A stretch of DNA of 63,725 nt, the filler included, from Welwitschia mirabilis (lineage: Eukaryota), in NCBI GenBank assembly GCA_051453625.1. It is 7 parts of one record of this genome, joined end to end, with 100 filler letters (N's around TTAATTAATTAA, not from the genome) between each part and the next. Parts side by side here need not be neighbours in the genome. Positions count along the whole stretch, not along the records: positions 56,722 to 61,787 come from JBOZIK010000001.1; positions 61,888 to 63,725 come from JBOZIK010000001.1; 5 more parts are not named here. The stretch is one strand, 5' to 3'. Positions 58,480 to 63,725 of the stretch are shown piece after piece. How positions within the stretch are numbered: position 1 is the stretch's first letter; every line of letters starts with the position of its first letter. Both the position numbers and the translations under genes were made by a program. A model generated the notes under the pieces. It saw nothing but the letters and a program-made list of their open reading frames with translations. It searched no databases and was not told the DNA's origin.

Positions 58480-59600
58480 TAATGCTAATAAGTACCATTA
58501 GGCATAATCCCATAATGTAATTTAATATATAAGCAAGGTAAATTATTACAATATAATATATAATAAAATATAACGTGATGTAATGTAACATAATGCAATA
58601 TAACATGATACATTAGAAGTATGGTATCATATCATGTAATATAATACGAGATGCATCTGTATTGTCATGCATATATTAAAGGTATTAAAATGTACTATAA
58701 CATCATGTCATATAATCTATCATACAGGAAATATATGTATCCGTGTGTATAATCTAAGTTAATGTTACATGATGTAATACATAATATACATGTAGCATAA
58801 TGTCTTATGATATAATATGTAATATAATATACATAAGAAGTAGTACAATATACATGAAGGATAGTACCAAGTAATATAACGTAATTACAGTATTATTAAC
58901 ATAAGATATGTAAAATTATTTATAGAATATAACTTAATGAAATACAATCCAATGTGACGTATTATAATATGACATTATCTTATAGTATACTATAATATAA
59001 AGTAATACAATACAAAATAATGTGATATGATATAATGTTTATGCGACATAATACAAGTACAATGCCATATATTACAATGTAATAGAAGGTAACACAATGA
59101 AATATGATGCAATGTAATATGCATTACCTTATAATATTATACTACGTAATATGATATTATAATCACAAGATACTGTAATATATTATATTTAATTTTAAGT
59201 GATATAATAGGATTATAACATAAAACAATNNNNNNNNNNNNNNNNNNNNNNNNNNNNNNNNNNNNNNNNNNNNNNNNNNNNNNNNNNNNNNNNNNNNNNN
59301 NNNNNNNNNNNNNNNNNNNNNNNNNNNNNATACAATACAACATAATGTGGTATGATGTAATGTTTATGCGACATAATACAAGTACAATGCCATATATTAT
59401 AATGTAATAGAAGGTAACACAATGAAATATGATGCAATGTAATATGCATTACCTTATAATATTATACAACGTAATAGGATATTATAATCACAAGATACTA
59501 TAATATTTTATATTTAATTTTATGTGATATAATAGGATTATAACATAAAACAATATTGTATAATATAGCATATCAATGATATACTATCTTATAATATAAC
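58480..59600. repeat. Degenerate low-complexity repeat with about 5-bp period (TAATA/TAACA/TGATA)
   Basis: Runs such as ATATAATATATAATAAAATATAACGTGATGTAATGTAACATAATGCAATATAAC. Confidence 0.75.
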
Positions 59601-61887
59601 ACAAGGTCAGATAATGTCGGATCATCCCAATTTACTTCCAACCTGAGTAACTCAACATCCAAGAGAGGGAGTAGATGCAAATGTTCTATCATTCCCCTAA
59701 CATTACAATGTGCTTTTGTAACTATTCACAAGAGACCCTCCTCCACCTAGTTTCTTAGGTATTTAAACAACTAATCTTGTCCCTTTGTCTTGGCTTTGTC
59801 TTTTCATATGTTGTTACACCTATTAATCAGTGTTCCACCTCTTTGCTATGAAATGATATAAAGTAGTCACTACAAATCAATGCTTATATCTTTCTATTAT
59901 TAATACGTATACACATATTGATTTCACTATTTTAATTTCACAACTAAACTTTGGAATGTAATAATTCACATTTTCATACTTCATTGTACATCTAAGTCAA
60001 GTTTTTTTTTTTTTAAGTCCTAGTAAATTAAGATCATTACCGAGGGACATTTTACCCTAACTTCTCATTTTCTTTTCCTGTCTAATGTTAATTTTTTTAC
60101 CAATTTCCATGACCTGTAGAAGCTACCGATTTCTGACATTAATTATATTTTTTGCTCTATGCAACCCAACAAGAAGGTAAATGGCATATTTTGGAAGAAA
60201 GAAAAGAAAAGGATCTTCTGAAAGCATTAATTTAACTAATCTTTTTGACAAACTCGGTATGTGGACTCTCAAGTAATGCTTTTCGCACAAAGCATAAGGA
60301 AGAAAGGGGCTACACATTATCCCAGGAATTACCTTATTCTTTAGGCAGTGTATCCAAATCACTTATCAAATCATTCTAATCTCTTAGGACGACGTATTTT
60401 TCAACCCTTTTAATAAGAGATACTACTAGAACTCTAAGAGAGATAACTTCCTCCTTTAGCTTCTCTTACACATGTCCCCAACGAAAAGGCGCATCGTTCC
60501 CTTTTGATCATGCATCCATAAGTTGCTTTCCCCTTGTCACTTGAGTCCTTCATTGCTTTCCCGCCTGCAACTGCCAACGTCTGAAAAAAAAACTCCCCCA
60601 GTGGTATTACAAGTTGGACTTCCTCGAACTAACTCCTCCTTCCGACGTCTAAGTTTGCATACTTAAGCACTTTCTGTGCGAGTTGGCTGTCACGCTTTAA
60701 TCTCGGACGCACCCCGTATGTAGCTCCATTGCAGTCCTTCTGGCAGATGTGCCTGCAGTCTCAGCTTCTTATGTACTTCTGTTCGCCTCTACTCATTATG
60801 TTTGCTGCTAGGCTCACTAGTTGTTCTTTTGGACATGCCACCTTGTTTCTTTGGCGTTTTTCATACCTGCCTCCGTCACCTTGCTCATGTACGCCTATGG
60901 TCTCATCAATGCACACTACGCTTCCTTGTGAGCCCGCAGTCCCACGACAGTAGCCATTTTCCTGCACAGATTTCACAAGCTCATGTCGCACTTGGTCTTA
61001 TTCTTACAGGCTTAAGCTGTCCATGCCTTCAATCACGGTGCCCGTTGTTCACACTGGTTCCTCACAGTTCGCAGTCTTTCCCTTCTGGCAGTGACATCCA
61101 TGCAAGAATCTTTGCTTGCAGTCTTGAGACCTTGGTCACTGCCACATCCTTTGCTCACCGCTGTGTCCCTCTTCCATTTACTACTGCGGTGAATTCTTTG
61201 TCGGCTTTGCTCCAGCCTCTCTGTGAACAGGCCGCATTCTTTGGGACTTTTGGCGCTTTGCCTTCAGCTCCTTAGTGTAGCTTTCACACCGACCTTAGCT
61301 ACGCCCATCGTTTGGCACTCTGTTGTGCTTAGAGCTGCTGCTACTCTGTGCAGCTTTCATGCCACCCGTAGCCGCGCCCGCTTCTGCTCAATCTTTGCTT
61401 CCATAAGCACGCTGCCTCCATAGGCACGCCGCTTCCATCTTTGCTTCCACAGGCATGCTGCCTCCGCAAGCATGCCGTTTCCATCAGTGCAAGCTTCTGC
61501 AGGCACCCTTCACTCACACTTTGCAGGCTCCCCCCTTTCTCGCTCTCCCCTTTCTATGCTTTTTCTCCCAGTCTTTTTCTTTCTTTTTTTTTATTGTACG
61601 CTCATCGCCAACCTCTAATTCGTCCTTCAATCCATTGGATGGTAGTAAGATTTGGTAGTCCTCCATCTCCCTTCATCAATTTCTTTATTTCTTCCAACGA
61701 CTTCCTCACCTGCTGCTTAACCTTTTATTCCCCTTTCATTAATACCTTCCTCTAAAAAAAAAAGAAAAACCTACCATCATTGACATANNNNNNNNNNNNN
61801 NNNNNNNNNNNNNNNNNNNNNNNNNNNNNNNTTAATTAATTAANNNNNNNNNNNNNNNNNNNNNNNNNNNNNNNNNNNNNNNNNNNN

Positions 61888-63725
61888 GAATCAGCTTTAC
61901 AGTTTATCATATTTAACCAGGTCAGAAGTTTCTCAATATATTTATCTTTTGAGAGAAATAATCTGCTAGCTTAATGATCTCTTTGAATTTCCATACTAAG
62001 AATTTTATTGGCTTCTCCTAGATCCTTCATTTCAAATGCCTGATTAAGTTGAGATTTTAATTTATTAATCAAAGACTTGTTACATGATGCAATTAACATG
62101 TCATCGATGTATAGTAACAAATATGCAAAAGACTTATCAGCATACTGTTGGTGATAGATACAATGATCATATTAACTTCTGTGATAACCTTGTTCAATTA
62201 TAAATGCATCAAACTTCTTGTACCACTGTCTCGGAGCTTGTTTCAGGCCATATAGTGATCTGTTTAGACGACACACAAAACGTTCCTTTCCTCGGGTTAT
62301 GAAACCCTTAGGTTGGTTCATATAAATTTCTTCATTAAGATTTCCATGTAAGAATGCCATTTTAACATCGAGTTGATTTAACTCCATATCAAATAAGACA
62401 ACAAATGCTAGTAGTACATGAATCGAAGTATGACGAACTATAGATGAAAAAAATTCATGGGAATCGATACCTTCTTTTTATTGTAGCCTTTGACAACCAA
62501 CCGTGCTTTCCATCTTGCATTTTTAACTCTTGGGATACCTTCCTTTTTCTTGTAGATCCACTTACAGTTCAAAAGGTATTTATTAGATGGAAGTTCATAC
62601 AAACTCCAAGTGTTATTTTTATGAAGACTTTCTATTTCTTCGGTCATTGATTTGAGCCATTTCGTGAAGTCGGCACATGAGATAGCTTCTGAATAAGAGG
62701 AAGGTTCCATATCATCAGGAATTTTTTGGGCAACTGAGAGAGCATATTCCACTAGATCATTCTCAGTGTTAAGATATCTAGCTAGTTTCTTTACCATTCT
62801 CCTCGGATGATCTCTTGCAATCAAGAAATCCTACTGTGGTTGATCAGCAATAGTGATACTTGGAATATTCTCATCAATACTGACTTCAGTAGAGGAGGAA
62901 GGTGTGGAATCTACAATAGGCAATGGAGAGGATTTAACCTCTAACTCCACCTGCTTGTTAGACTTCTAATCTATAACAGCTTGAGAAGAAGAAGAAGAAG
63001 AGACAAAAGAATTTTTCTGAGGAGTAAGCAAAGCATCCTCATTGAATGTTACATCTATACTAAGAATTACCTTATGTAAATTAGGATACCACAAATTATA
63101 TCCTTTAGATTCAGAAGCATAACCAAGAAATATACATTTAACAGCTCTAGGTGCTAGTTTACCATCATTGGTATGAGCGAATGCTGGACAACCTAATATT
63201 TTTAACTATGAGTAGTTAACAAGATTACCTGACCAAAGTTCTTCTAGAATTTCAAACTTCAGTGAAGAACGTGGAGATCGATTGACAAGATAACAAGCTG
63301 TAGAAACTGCTTCAGCCCATAAATTACATCGATGCTAGAGGTTCACATTAGAGAGCATACAACGAGCCCTTTCAAGTAATGTTCTGTTCATGCGTTCTAC
63401 AATACCATTTTGTTGTGGTATTCCAATCAAAGTTTTGTGTCGAGCAATTCCATTGTTAACACAAAACTCATTAAAATCACTTAAACAAAATTCTAATCCA
63501 TTATCCGTTCTGAGTTTCTTAATCCTCTTGCTTGTCTGATTTTCAACGAGCATTTTCCATTGTTTAAAAGTCGAGAGAGCTTCATTTTTATATCATAGAA
63601 AATAAACCCAGACTTTACGAGAATAATCATCAATAAGTGTCATCATGAACCGACGACCACCAATAGAAGGAACTTTGGAAGGTCCCCATAAATCAGAGTG
63701 AATGTAGTCTAGCACACCTTTAGTA
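61888..63725 (-). mobile_element. Ty1/copia (Tork/Tnt1-like) pol: integrase and RT, few disruptions, truncated by the window edge and a linker
   Basis: Motifs LDYIHSDLWGP, IDDYSRKVWVY, KKLRTDNGLEF, PQQNGIVERMNRTL, KARLVVKG, QLDVKMAFLHG, SLYGLKQAPRQWY and LLLYIDDML. Confidence 0.93.

Noticed and set aside
60729..61755. Short ORFs of 66-157 aa as a host gene
   Set aside because: No recognisable domain and no consistent exon structure.
1..63725. Assigning a species or a specific LAC ortholog number
   Set aside because: The sequence supports a land-plant origin only; a phylogeny or database search is needed.

Overview
Plant nuclear DNA from a gappy draft assembly, AT-rich and dominated by repeats. 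Six artificial N-TTAATTAATTAA-N linkers join seven pieces. The only convincing host gene is a 4-exon, GC/CpG-rich laccase (multicopper oxidase, + strand, 46274-48397, about 611 aa). It has unusual traits: the two 3' introns typical of plant laccases are missing, it has a 39-aa C-terminal extension, an HNFHLHG copper motif with an axial Met, and a heavily mismatched miR397 site. The rest is decayed LTR retrotransposons: a pol-deleted Sirevirus-like Copia element with an env-like ORF (1-6857), Tekay/Del-like Gypsy relics, a nested stack of an Athila-like family (six LTRs plus two partial LTR segments, one element with both LTRs and a near-matching target-site duplication, TSD), a younger Tork/Tnt1-like Copia pol, and several tandem or palindromic arrays. 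I see no clear evidence of a new biological system. The most interesting signals are the divergent laccase, an extra ORF apparently shared by the Copia and Gypsy elements, and an LTR-like palindrome-plus-TATA module upstream of that ORF in the Copia element. All family assignments come from motifs read by eye, not from database searches.
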